The translations under genes were made by a program, and so were the position numbers. From Anthoceros angustus (Eukaryota; Plantae; Anthocerotophyta), in the NCBI GenBank assembly GCA_010909165.1, contig VJWM01000025.1:1054001-1118000 (forward strand): 64,000 nt of DNA, given 5' to 3'. The notes under the pieces were generated by a model. It made no database searches and had not been told where the DNA came from. It saw nothing but the letters and a program-made list of their open reading frames with translations. Of the stretch, positions 36,430 to 49,234 are shown one piece after another. Numbering within the stretch: position 1 is the first letter of the stretch; each line of letters opens with the position of its first letter.

Positions 36430-37208
36430 AAATGTGGAATGGGTTTTTGCATCCGAAGACGCAAAGAGGCCACATTTACCCTCTATGTCGTTATAGTCCT
36501 AGGATTCGATCCCAAGGGAATGGTGTTGTGTCAAGGTGTGCTAAATCTATGGATTCTAGACCTACGCTCTACCCCACCTTCCACCTGCCCAAACCCACCA
36601 CCGTGGTAGACTCGGCCACCGCGTGGCGGTTCGACCATGGCGGGCCCACAACGCCGCCTTCGCGAGTCTATTCGTCCGGCTTCTCTAACACGGACCTAGG
36701 CTATCGGACACCTACGCCTCCTGCCGCCAGAATTTTGCGATCCTACCACTTCCCTCCCCTCGCGTTTCGATTTTCCCTCACACGCTCTCACAATCCCTCC
36801 CGGTAGCGCTCACAACCCCTCGGAACCTTTCCCAATGAACTCTCCCTCGTCTCACGGGCCACAGACCCCTCCTTGGGCCACAGACCCCTCTCTCATGGAA
36901 TGAACACACACAGTGGCGGCGGTTGGAAGAGGATCGGAAGAAAACCCGGTCGGTGCTTGGGCGATTCGCCTTCGCGATTCCTCGGCCGTCCGCGGCAATC
37001 CTACCTCTTTTTCGTGGCGCGGCCACCTTCCGTTACCCAGGCGTGGAGCTTGGCCACTCCGCTCTCGACCATCCGAGATCTTCCGGCCTTCTTGTGACGA
37101 AGGCGGTCGAACCCGTTTGATCTTGACGGGCGTCTCCAATCAACCCCACTCGGCGGTTCGATACGGAAGTTCACACGAAATCGTCCTTGAGAGACACCCA
37201 AAGGGTCT

Positions 37209-37216
37209 CTTATACA
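37209..37216 (-). promoter_or_regulatory. Candidate LTR TATA box (TGTATAAG)
   Basis: The same motif is at 27763-27770 in the other LTR, and a cttatac motif lies at ~55647 in the related solo LTR. It sits about 0.6-0.8 kb from the U5 end and downstream of the embedded ORF. The role is inferred from position only. Confidence 0.4.
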
Positions 37217-37259
37217 TCTGGGTGGTCCAACACGGCTCACTTCTCTTTAGTGTCTAAAA

Positions 37260-39500
37260 TTGTAGCTCCTACCACGGCGCCTTACCAATCTAAGCAACAA
37301 CTCTGGTGATGGAACTCCCTATCCTCGCTGAAAAACCCGGTCCTAGGCTATCGCGACTCCCTAAAATCAGCGCCGCCTTCGCGATTCTTTGCCTCGCCCC
37401 TCGGCCCATGGGGACCCCTCTCGCTCTTGACCTCGCCTCGATCCGGCGATTTTCCCCACAACCTCCACCTCGCTCTCCTTTGCTTCCCCTCGCGCCTTCC
37501 AGCGGCGTTGCCTTTGTGACCTCTATGTCCATTGTCCGCTCCTCCTGGACAACCATACCGTGCTCCTCCCTCCATGCTCTGGGCTGCGCCTCGCTCATCT
37601 CTTCCAGCACCACTTGCGGAGGATAGGCGCCCGCTCCTATTCGAAGGAACCAGCAGTAGCGCTGTGGCGGTCAAGATGTCTGACCGGTGGTTTACGCCCC
37701 TCCTGTCCCAACAACCACATACACGTTTAGAGTGAGCACCCGCTCACCATGCAGGCAGAAGCCAGGGACATGAGCATCCTCATCCGGACGCCGTAGCACA
37801 ATACGCCCTTATGATACAGAGGTCCTTACCCTCTCCTCCCGTGGACAATCCTGGGCCGGCTGCTGTTGATTCTCCAGGGGATCTGTCCCTCCATCTGCGA
37901 CACTCCCGTCGGTGACTTCCCCCACCTCAGTTCCCCGTTCCACGACGGTGGCTGGTTTAGCCACCGTGGTGGTTGCTTCCCCCACGGTGGTTGTTTCGGC
38001 TCCTGCGGTGGCTGTTGCTCGGCCTTTCTTCGGTTTGGCCACCTCTCTCTTGACTCGGCCCTAGCCCGTCTCTTTCCGCTTGTACCTCTCCGTTCTTGAA
38101 TTTCTCCAAGGCGCCATCGCACACTGCTCTGGACTCATGAGACCTCATCCAAGCTCTTCAATTGTAGCATCGCCCCTTGACTGATTTACTAAAGCTTCTG
38201 AGTGGACATGTCCCTTGCCTCCTGTGCCTTGCATAAGGCCGCCGCACTCCGTCTGCGCTCCTCGGCCGCCTTGCTCTCGCCTTCCGGGCTTCCAACTTCT
38301 CCTTGAGCAACTTCTCCTGTTGGCCTTGCACACTCGGCCAAGTGAGAGCCATGGCTTGATCGAGGAGATCCGCTGCGTCGTGCCATGGCAAGTCAAACCA
38401 CCGTCCCAAATTGGGCTGTCCCTTGCCCATCCGCCTCCACAACAATTCTCGTGTCACGGTGTCTCCTATCCCCACCTCGGCCGGACGGTTCGGTGAAATG
38501 TCGCCAAAATGTCCGGAGCTCCGTTGCGGTCTCGGCTGAAGTTAACCCTCCTCTCCTAGGGGTTGGTGCCTTGCCTCTTCCCGCTTCATTCTCCCTAGCG
38601 GCGATTCATCCCACAGGAGGAGCAACTTGCCATTTCCCTTTACTTTTTCCTCCTTTACCGCGTTCTCTGCCGTCTTGACTGGTGACCACAGGTGTGGTGG
38701 GTTCCTCCTCTGTGCTGCCCTCCCTTCTTCGCCGATCCCGTTGCCGTTGCGCCCTTCGCTTCTTACCCTTGGAAACTTCCCCACCCTCTTCCGAACCTTC
38801 CGAGCGCACTCCCAAGCTACTGGAATCCTTGCCCGAATCCTCCTTCAATTCCTCCTCTTCTACCTTGAGTTCCACGGCCGGCTTCCAACCATGCGGGCGG
38901 ACCGACTTCAACTCAGTTAAACACCGGAATGCAAATACATGAATCGGAAAAGGCGAAATCAAGGAGGGCCGAGGGAAGAGAGTAAATTCGCCTTCTCCTC
39001 ACAGGCTCTTTCGAAAATCATCCTCCCCAATCAATTTGTGTACCCTTGACCACCTCGTGAAGAAAAACCAAGAAGTGATCCGCCATATGATCCGACTTCG
39101 GTTACAGAAACACAAAATCCATTTGGCCAATCCCACACGTGAACCACGAGTTGGCGAGTCACCCATTGTTCACTCTCACTTCCCGAGGCTTCATGAGCGC
39201 GGCGCTGCGGCTTTCAAGGTCTTCTTTGGGGTCAATCACCAAGCTCCCATCCTCGATGCTTCTCGCCCCGCTGCGAAGAGGCCAAATCCAGTTGCGGCCT
39301 TTTCCTCGCGTCACCCTCTTGCGACTTGGTCCTTAATTGCGGGCGCACTCTTGCACCAATGCGTGTCGTAGCACCATTTCTTCTCCATGAACTTGAGACC
39401 CGGCTCACGCACAGTGCCGGCTCTCACTTTCCGATGGTCCATGTTGGGCCCTGCGTGAGTGAGATTTCGGCGCGGCTCGGGCGCCATCTCCTTCTCGTTG
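37260..39500 (-). pseudogene. Degenerate accessory ORF inside the 5' LTR (second copy at ~27850-29930 in the 3' LTR): conserved helical domain plus coiled-coil/acidic tail
   Basis: Frame-corrected translation includes KFMEKKWCYD, ADHFLVFLHEVVKGTQIDWG(R)MIFERA, SLISPFPIHVFAFRCLTELK and QEKLLKEKLE...EELQDEVSR. The same motifs recur in the ORFs at ~51900 and ~58930. Confidence 0.7.
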
Positions 39501-40129
39501 TCTCCCAAAACAAAACCTCGACTACCTGCGGATCACGGTCGGAAGAGAAAAAAAAATCGAGCCTCGCGCTCCTTCCACGCCTCCTCGCGAACTTGCGGCG
39601 CCGATTTCTCTCCTCCGCGCCGCTCGATCGTCGCGCCTTTTCCTCCCTGAGGCGGTGATTTGGCTGGCGTCGTGTGCCGCCTCTTCTGCTGACTCGCTCC
39701 ATTGCCCCTCACGGAAAGTCGCGACCTGTCTTGGGTGTGCCCTTCTCCCGATTGCGCTCCGTGGGTAGTCCTCCGCCACTAGGGTTGTAAATTCCCACAG
39801 TGCATGCGTCCGTTTCTCGGACCGTGGTGGAACTAGCCACCACCCCTTGACTACACTGGCATGGCATGTGAGCATCCCTAGCATATATAGACACCTTTTA
39901 TTCTAAAATTCCCAATACCCAAGGACTCTATTTCTACCCCACCCTCGGGTCAAACCTAAGGGTCGAAAAATTATTATTATCTCCAAGGGCCAAGGACCAT
40001 TCCGTATAAAAGACCTGACTCAGACGATTCTCAAAGCACTCTGCTATTCTAACACACCCAAAACAAAAAAAATCGTTCACCCTGACACTTGAGAGCGGGG
40101 TTAGTTCACATGTGGTCTTCCACAATTCC

Positions 40130-40330
40130 ATAGCTTCAACGGCCTCAGTAAGCTTTCCCCACTCACATAACGTGCTCATGGTTACAGGCATCATGACTCC
40201 CATTTCCAATCCAGCACGCCTCCCAGGCTCAAGCTTTACCGGAGAGATCGACTTGGAAGGAGAGGCACAATGACCCACCTGCATGTTCAAAGAAACAAGC
40301 TTCTCATCTACCCAAGTTGGCTTGAACATG
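40130..40330 (-). pseudogene. Upstream part of the PPR pseudogene split by the gypsy insertion
   Basis: VTMSTLCEWGKLTEAVEAME joins across the single ATTCC to ESLA...QYGQMEKEGLIVGNHVTFAC at 26994 (one frameshift). Confidence 0.65.
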
Positions 40331-41602
40331 TTGTTTAACTAGAGGACCTCACCGGACTCCTTGCACCGAAGGCGAGCGAGAGCTCCTCTTACCTTGCCTG
40401 GTATCCCACGCTCAAGAGGGGAGTCCTAAGAAGTGGTGGTGGGAGGATGGTTACTTGGTGTGGTCACACTGAGAAACTACAAATTGAACAGGCTCGAATT
40501 GGCCTCGATTGAATCGAAGGAACATGAGGATGTGGGCCTGTTTGGGCAATGTAGGCCTTCACAATTCAGCTCAAACACATTTGGAGTTTTAACATGGTTC
40601 CAGTCCAGTCACATATCGCTATCTGTATATAGGATTATGAGGATTTGTTCACATTGCAATGTCACCATGGAGGACATGTCTCCGTTACCTATACCACCAC
40701 AACTCAATCAATGTGAGATTGAGGCACGTCAAAATACAATAACATGTTAAGCACCCAGCTACAAGAGTGATCATACCTGCAAGATCTTCACAGCTTTTTT
40801 GAGCAAATTTCAAAGTCACTGTGGTTCTAGCCTCCCCTCTAAGTTTAATGGTAGCCTCATCGGTTTTCACCCATATCAGCTCTTCGTTATTAATCTGCAC
40901 CGTCGCATCATCAGGGAGTATACTAGCACTTGCAGTGGGGCTCCCTTCTATTGGAAAATTTTATAGCAACATGTAAGTCTAGGTCTAATGTACTTCCTGC
41001 AATTCCTTTGGGAATACACAAGGAGAACTGCCTGATTGGCACATTACATTTCAATATTTGTAACACAATGATATGTAGATTTTTTACATATTAGCAGCAC
41101 AAAGTCAGGCCTAATGAATTGGTCAATCCAGAGGGCTAGCAGTGGTAGCCTTGCCCTGCTGAGCTAATTTCTAATAGACGCAATAGGTATAGAGTTTCTG
41201 ATAGGCCTACACGTAATCTACATAGTAGAGTTTATCGAAGGATGTCAGAAATGAGAACTTTTCCATGCAAATTGCTAATTCTAAGGAGGCTTTCAATACC
41301 ATTGTTGAATGCTTGTATCATGAAGAATGCAAACTAGTGTTTACTCTACCCCAAAGAAATCCACAAAACTTGCCTCAAGTGAGGGTTACACGTGCCTTTG
41401 ACGGCAGCGGGTAACCTAGTGGCTTCCACACAATGCATGCTGCACCACCAATAGGTGTGAACACATCAGTTGATAGATTGGAAGCACACAATAGGCGTGT
41501 GGATACACATTTTGGTCACATCACTCACAGCATTGCTGGCATAAACATTGACTTACAGGAAGTAAAAGAGCAAATCGCGCATTTGGACTTCAAACTTCTT
41601 TC

Positions 41603-44600
41603 TGATGAGAATCACGCACAAACGCACTTGCAAAAGAGTCTTGTAGAGTTGCATTACATAATAGAAAATACAAGAGTGTTTAAATAGTAGGTAGAGTCGG
41701 TGGTTACAACCATAAGTTGTTGTAACTATAAGTGGTTATAACCATAAGTGGTTATAACAACTAACTACCTAAATAACCACCTAAAGAAAACTACTTAGTG
41801 CCCTAGGCATATAATAATCATTAAGTAAAGGTGCCCTAGTGAATAGTGCCCTATACCTAATATATTTCATCACTCCACTCACTTTGTGAACTAGGGGTGA
41901 CAAAATAGAGGATTTTTCTAGCTTCAAAATGAGCCAAAATAGGCCTAAAAGCGAAGACTAGACCTTAAGCAAAATTAATTTAAAAACATAAAGGAAATAA
42001 CCTATATAAGAAAATAGGAAAATATTTTTAAAATGAAAATGCCGAAAAGAAAACTTAACGGACGGGCTTGGCGGTTCGCGTCTCCACCGCGAGGAGCCAG
42101 CGAACCGCCGCGTCGCGGCTATGGCGGGCGGAGCCGGCTCACGCCCCTCAGTGCGCCGTCGCCAGCCGATTTTTCCTGCGTCGACCATTTCCGGGCGCCA
42201 GCCTAGAGTTCTAGTGCAAATAGCTGGCGATTTCACATGTGTGGGGCTTGATTGCGATACCTCGTCTTCATACCTTCCTCATTGCGGCCATTGCGGCCAT
42301 TGTTTGCTTGTGTTCTCCCTCCAAACAGGCGCCCGGGTGCTCACAGGACATCCATGGCGGGAAACGCATCCGGAAGGAACTGCGAATTTGCAAAAGATCC
42401 TCCGACCTCCTACAACACCAGTCCGTTGGGAGGATTCCTTCCATTGCGGACCACAATTTCATACCACAACGGCATTGCGGCCATTGCGGCCATTGCGGCC
42501 ATTGCGGACCACAATTTCATACCACAACGGCATTGCGGCCGGGTCGGATGGTGCTGCGGCAAGGAAGAATAAGCGGCTTGCCAGTGCAATCATGGCGGAT
42601 ATCCATCTGTTTCCTAAAGTGGCTGGAAATTCACATATCATAAGGTCAAGCGAAGGCACGACGGCATCGTAGCTGGAAGATGGCGCCATGACTATACCAT
42701 TGGAAACAACAACAGTGTGGTGGAACCTCGGATGGTGAAGCCTCAAATTTTCGAACTTCTATATGAAAACATGGGTTGAATCGCGAATGGCGGTGGAATG
42801 CGGCAATTGATCTTCATCACAACACACCTCTGCAGTGCGTTGGTGTAATCGAGATATCATCGTCGGTGAAAATATAGTGATAACCTTCATGAAGAATCTA
42901 ATAGCAAAGGTAGGAACCAACTTTCATGCCCACATATGCTCATACGTTGAAATGTTCCACTCGACGATTCACGAAATTGATCTGATTTTTCTGAAGAAAA
43001 TTTATGCAAGGGCAAGTCTCCTAAGACTTGTGATCCACCCCATTAAGCCGCGAGTCCAAGCTATATTGCAAGGAAGTCCAAGCTAGCATGCATGCAGGTG
43101 GATTGACCACTACCACTTACATAGTGTGCCAGAGATTATGCGGCTTCTAACCCTCCAGTTGAATATGTGTACCAAATTACCGGAATCCACATGGTGTGAC
43201 TAGGTTCCATGTGTAAGGAGTTCGAGGAGGACACACTAAGCACATCTATAGTAAGTGTTCTCAATAAGCAAAAGTTATAATAAAGAAATATTATTTTGAC
43301 CCTTCTTGCACTATGGTTTAGGATGCTTGGGCACTTAGCAAGGATCTTTGGGGAATACTACGAAGACCATTTAGAAATTGAAGAGGAAATGGAATATGTA
43401 GTTAAGAAATGGGCTTGAAGAAATAAGGTTAACTTAATCGGCCCGGATAGCGATCTTCTTGGTTAGGTTGGTATTGACTTGGTATCTAATATACCTAAGG
43501 TCTTCATATGTTTAATATGTAATTCCGACCAAGGGACTTTGTGAATAAATCATGCGTTATCCCGAGTTTGAATATAACTAATATCAATAGTTTTATTTCC
43601 CAACATTTCTCTAATGTAATGGTATTCGACTATGTGTTTAGTCCTAGAATGGAAAGCAGGTTTGCTAATGCTATGGCTCCTTGACTATCAACGTATAGAG
43701 GTGTAGGGTTGTCTTGTGTGATTGAGCTCACTTAAGGCTAACCTACTCCATACAATATCCTTGGCAACCGAGGTTAGTACTCTATACTCTGACTCAGTGC
43801 TTGAAAGGGCAATGGTCATTTGTTTCTTACTTGACCATGATATGGGAGCTTTGCATAGCATAAGTACATAGCCAGATACTGATCGCCGTGTGTCGGGATC
43901 ACCAGCATAGTCGGCATCAGCATATGCCGTTAATATTGGTTTGTTCATACTTGGTGTATGTTGATAAACTAATCCTGTATTCATTGTACCCTTAAGGTAC
44001 CTAAATATACGTTTGACAGATGCCCAATGTTCACGACCAGGATTCTCCAAAATTGTGAACAAGCACTAACTTCAAAAGCTATATGGGCCTAGTGAAGTTG
44101 CTCAAATATATAAGTGTGCCAACATGTCGATAAGGCTAGCGACATCTAACTTATGCCTGCATTTTAGGACTCATTTCCAACGTGAGTCGTATCCCACTAG
44201 CAAAAGGAGTGGGAGCGGTTTAGCGTCTTCTAATCCAAATTTGATTAAGCTTTCCTTAATATATTTTGTTTGAAAACGCTTAAAGTCTTCTGCTTCTATC
44301 TCTCATAATATTAACACCAAGTCGTAAGTCGACTCTCCAAGATCAGTCATTTCAAAATGACTTCTTAACCAAGCTTTAATCTCGGCTAGGAGAGAGGATG
44401 AAGAGGAAGCCATAAATCGTCGTCGACGAGAGTAAGAGGTAAATTATCTCTTTTCCGAGATTAAGATATACATGCAAGAATCACTTGCTTTGTCTAAAAC
44501 CTCGTTTAATAAGCTTAATATGTATTACGGTGTTCCATTCCTTACCGGATTGCTTCAATCCGTAGATACATTTAATAAGCTTACACACCAAATCTTCTTT

Positions 44601-47600
44601 GCCTTTAACCTCATAACCCTCGGGTTGTTTCATGTATATTTCTTCTTGTAGATGCCCATGTAAATATCTTTGTCTTTACATCCATCATATGGAGTTCAAG
44701 ATCATAGGGGATAAGGCAAATATCATTCAAGGCTAGCAAATTTGGCTACAGGGCATAAGTGGCCCAAGGTCGTAGTCTAGGCCAGAATTTGTGTAAAGCC
44801 TCGCTACTAGACGTGCCTTATATCTTTCAATGGAACCATCTCCTTTTCTCTTGATTTTAAATACCCATTTGCTTGTCACTATCTTCCTCCCCTTAGGGGT
44901 TTGACGATTCCATGTAGAATTCTTGATCAAGGAGTCATATTCGAATCTCACGCCTTCCATAAGTCCTTTTCGTGGGATGAGAAGGCTTGTTTGAGAGTAG
45001 TGGGTTCTTGGGTCAATAGTTGCACGATATACGGCTTGAGTAGCTAGGTATCCCAAAGGAGGCTCCTTCCAACCTGCAGGACCAGGGATGGTTGGTCTGG
45101 TTCTGAGATTGTACCTTTGTGCAGGTTGCTCGTCTTCTACGTCTTCAAGAAGGGTTGATTCCTGAGGAGGGTCCTCAACTAAATACTCAGGGTCACGCTC
45201 AGGTTCGTCCGGATCATCAGGAATATCCTCAAAATGTTGAGGTTCCTCGGTATCTAATGAAGGTGAGTCGGGACGTAAGAAGGGGCTAACTCCTCCTCCT
45301 CCTGCATAATAGGTCCATCGGAAGGGACACGGAGAGCAGGAACAGGGAAGTCCATAATGTAGTCACTAGTATCAAAAGAAGAACATTCAGGCTCCGCATC
45401 AGTAGATGAAGGATGGGAGGCATTAGATCTCCAAGGAGAAAATAGGGAATGTTCATGAAAAGTGACAGCATAAAGAAGCTTTTGGTGGAAGGATCAAATA
45501 ATTTATAGCCCTTGATTCCTTCCGTATAACCAATAAAAGTATATCGGCGCTTCGGATCTAACTTCGCAATGCTTTAGGAATAAAGACATATGCCGGAGAT
45601 CCAAAAATGCGGAGATGATCAATAGAAGGCTTCTTGCCGATAAAGGCTTCATAAGGTGTCATACCTTGACCGCAGTGGGCGATCGATTCATGAGATATGT
45701 GTGAGGCCTGCCCAATATACTTTGGGTAAATTTGCTTGGGTTAACAAGCGGTGATCTCTTGAAGGCGCAGATTTTTATTTTCAGCTACGCCATTTTGTTG
45801 AGGAGTGTATACAACGTGAGTTGTTGAGCTATACCTTGAGCTCGGCAAAATCCTCAAAGCTTAGAAGTAAACTCGCCACCATTGTCGGACGTAAGGTCTT
45901 GAGTTTCTTCTCTGTCAATCTCTCCGCCCAAGCCATATAGTCCTTGAAGAAATGATAAGTATCACCCTTGTGATTAAGGATATAGGTGAGTGTAAAGCGG
46001 GAGTAGTCTCGATGAAGGTCAAAAATATACGCTACCGAAGGAAGGTGTAGAGATAGGGCCACAAATGTCTGTATGAACAAGCTCTAGAGGAGATGTCGCC
46101 TCTGTGGAGAGATGTTCGGAAAGGGGCTTGATGTCTTTTGGTAATGACACAAGTCTCACACCATGGAAGGTGTTGAATTTGAGAAAGGCGGGGTGTGTAT
46201 AGATTTCCGCCTTAGACATTTGTACTAATTTTTGGCTATTAGGATGGCCAGACGACAATGCCACAACATGGTATGGGTGGTGGTGCGGTGGGGGACGACA
46301 TTGATGGAATGTGTGGGACCCACTTGAGCTGAAAGTTTGTATAGCCCATCTTCTAGTATGCCTATGCGGATGGCATGTGACTTATTGGAGGTGTATGAAA
46401 TAAGACAACTATCTCGCATAAAGTGTGACTTGCATAGTATGTGCATGACATAAACTAGCGGCGAGACTAGATTTTTACACATGGCTGGTACATGAAGGAC
46501 ATGACGTAAGTGAAGAGTCGACTGTGGAACATCCGAGGACAAGCGAACCACTGACTATTGGGAGGTTGTGATCATCACCCAAGAGGACATCGGTGTCCTG
46601 TGGTTGGGGAATATGACTCAAAGGAGTCTTTGTCATGACGGATGTGTGAGGTAGCTCCACTATCAAGGTACGAATTGATTTGTAGGAGGATGCAGGCATC
46701 TGTAAGCGAAGGAGTTGAAGAGGATGGTTTCTTCACACAACATGTGCGCCAGGTGAGGCCTCTTTCCTAGGCTCACCATTTTCTTCCTTCTGCAGTCCTT
46801 CTCCATGTGATTTGGGATTCTGCACCAATTGCAAATAATTCCAGTCTTCTTATTACCTCTTGCGGTGTAGAAGAAGACGGAGAAGCTCCAGAAATGGATG
46901 AAGTGGCGGGCTTAGTGGAAGGAGGTCCGTTTGCGCGGCCTCGACCGCGACCACTTCCTCTGCCTCTTCCTGTACATCACTTGCTGCCGGCTAGTTCGTG
47001 AGTCTTGACGTCGAATGGACTCCTCCTGTATCAATGCTCCGATCAACTCATTTATACTTATGTCCAAGGTATCATGCTTGTCCATATTTTTCTGGGCTGT
47101 TCTCAATACAGCATTTTGAGTTGTCAAAAATGATCTATAGGAGGATGGAAGAGAGGATAATAATGCAACAAAGCATGTTAACTCGGAGAGCTTGGAGTTG
47201 GGCGACTTCAAGTTGGGATCTTGCCATTCGAAAAGCACTAATATGGTGTTCAATGGTGTCAGATTCCCTCATCTTAAGGTTGTGGAAGTTACGAGTAGCA
47301 GTCATCAGACTCATAACATCCTTGGAGGAGTATAATTGTGCGAGGTGATCCCACATTTCCTTGGAGGATCCTGCCTCGCTGATTTGCCGTACCATATGGA
47401 GAGAGAGACCACTGATAATCATATCCTGGGCTCTCTCATCCTTCGCATCCCAGGTGCGTTTTTCGTCAGCACCCCATACTGGGCGCTCTAAGGCTCCGCT
47501 GACAATATCCCATAGGTCACGGTTACGCAATACTCCCCTCATTCGCAGGCGCCAGACGTCGTAGTCCTTGCCATTGAATCTGTCCTTTTCTTTGAAGCTG

Positions 47601-48691
47601 TCTCCATAATTATTGACAACCATTGATTTGGTCTCAATAGGATCCTTGTTGATGTTGACTTCTTCGTCAAGTTGCTCTCCCTCATCTTCCCGACTAGCCA
47701 TGGCGGTGATGTTTAAAGACCACGACTACGTCGTGCGTCTTTATCTTGGAGGAGATTTCACCTGACGATGCTCCAATCATATCAAAAACAGAATCTGCAG
47801 GTAAAAATGTGAATTTCTAGAGAGAACTTTTAGACATTTTAGTATCTAAGTCTTCAATGCATTCAGTTAAATGATTGAAGGTACGAGCCAAAGACGACAA
47901 TTGTCTACAAATGACATCATGTCTAAGTTCGAATCTATTTTGATAGATTTAAGGAGAATGCGAGAATCATGCTACTAATCAGACCGGCATGTAGATTAGG
48001 AATGTGTTGGAGTGCTAAAACTAGAGATTCTACTTGTGATAAACTAAAACAAGTAAGTAAATCTCTCTTAGCCACCTCAATCAACTCTCCTTGATTCTCG
48101 ATTTTATAAGATTGCACCAATAAAATTGCTAATAAATTTAGAATCTCTTTCAATTGGATCTATAAATTTATCAATTATTATAATTTGATGCATTCTCCTT
48201 GATGCAGCCTTCAATCTCCTCCTACTTCCTTGCCCCATGAGAAGGAGTCAAGAAAGTGATGCACAATTTGTGCATCATAAAAATATGATGTTGAGCATAA
48301 TTGTAAAGTTGCCTCCAAGCCAAAATTCCATACTGCAAAATTAGCAATGCACAAAACAATTCATGCCTAAAGAAGAGGCAAGCAAGGTGCTCAAGCATCT
48401 AGAGCCGAAGCTCTGATACCATGATGAGAATCACGCACAAACGCACTTGCAAAAGAGTCTTGTAGAGTTGCATTACATAATAGAAAATACAAGAGTGTTT
48501 AAATAGTAGGTAGAGTCGGTGGTTACAACCATAAGTTGTTGTAACTATAAGTGGTTATAACCATAAGTGGTTATAACAACAAACTACCTAAATAACCACC
48601 TAAAGAAAACTACTTAGTGCCCTAGGCATATAATAATCATTAAGTAAAGGTGCCCTAGTGAATAGTGCCCTATACCTAATATATTTCATCA
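41603..48691 (-). mobile_element. Full-length Ty1/copia LTR retrotransposon, 7089 bp; gag-pol frameshifted
   Basis: 270-bp LTRs at 41603-41872 and 48422-48691 (TGATGA...TCATCA; one substitution seen). TSD CTTTC. PBS TGGTATCAGAGC at 48410-48421. gag DRFNGKDYDVWRLRMRGVL...SSKEMWDHL; LWHCRL; LELVHTDICGP; IVTSKWVFKIK..DGSIERYKARLVAR; AYADADYAGDPDTRRSVSGYV..ISWSSKKQ..IALSSTESEY. Confidence 0.97.
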
Positions 48692-48954
48692 CTTTCTTTG
48701 ATCAAGCCAGAATTGCTGAAAAATCTAGTCTTTAGAGGGATTTCACGAAGCATGGTTAGTCGTGAACGACGCAGCTATACACCTTATACGTAGTGGCTTA
48801 ACATCTGAAATGCTGAGGTAGACTGGTGGGGCAAAGTCAACTGCAGAGATCTTGAAGAGGTTGAAGAATCTGTATTTAGGACGAAATGTCATAAGTGTAA
48901 TGGTAGCATTGAGGAATTTTTGGTGATTCCATTGAAAAATACATAAGAGTGTTT

Positions 48955-49110
48955 AGAGGACATTTGCATAACATACTTGTGGGCGCATCCTTAGTGGACC
49001 TGTATGCTAAGTATGGGGAACTGGAAGATGCATGCCTCATTTTTGACAGCTTGGCCAAGAAAATTCTTACAACGACAGTTACAATGCGGCTGGCACTATT
49101 TATAAATCGA
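48955..49110 (+). pseudogene. PLS-class PPR fragment
   Basis: NILVGASLVDLYAKYGELEDACLIFDSLAKK. Confidence 0.8.
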
Positions 49111-49234
49111 TAAATTTTTAAAAACATTTTACAACGTATTTGCAATGAACATAGCATATCAACAATTTTACTAATATATAATCTCACAAATGACATAAAT
49201 TCAGGAAAAGGGCTCTTCCACAATTTTATAACGG

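Larger units (their letters stand above)
27000..40124 (-). mobile_element. Full-length Ty3/gypsy LTR retrotransposon (Athila/Tat-like), 13.1 kb, with very long LTRs; gag-pol frameshifted
   Basis: TSD ATTCC at 26995-26999 and 40125-40129. Termini are TGTGGAA...TTCCACA. PBS TGGCGCCGTTGCCGGGGA and PPT are present. Pol remnants: RLNKVTKKDHFPLPFID (RT, ~32820-32880), FHVDHFALKHLVNK (RNase H, ~32000) and GGHYAA (integrase, ~31550). Confidence 0.95.
36433..40124 (-). repeat. 5' LTR of the gypsy element (3692 bp)
   Basis: tgtggaatggg...gtggtcttccaca, flanked by the PBS and by the TSD ATTCC. Confidence 0.95.
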
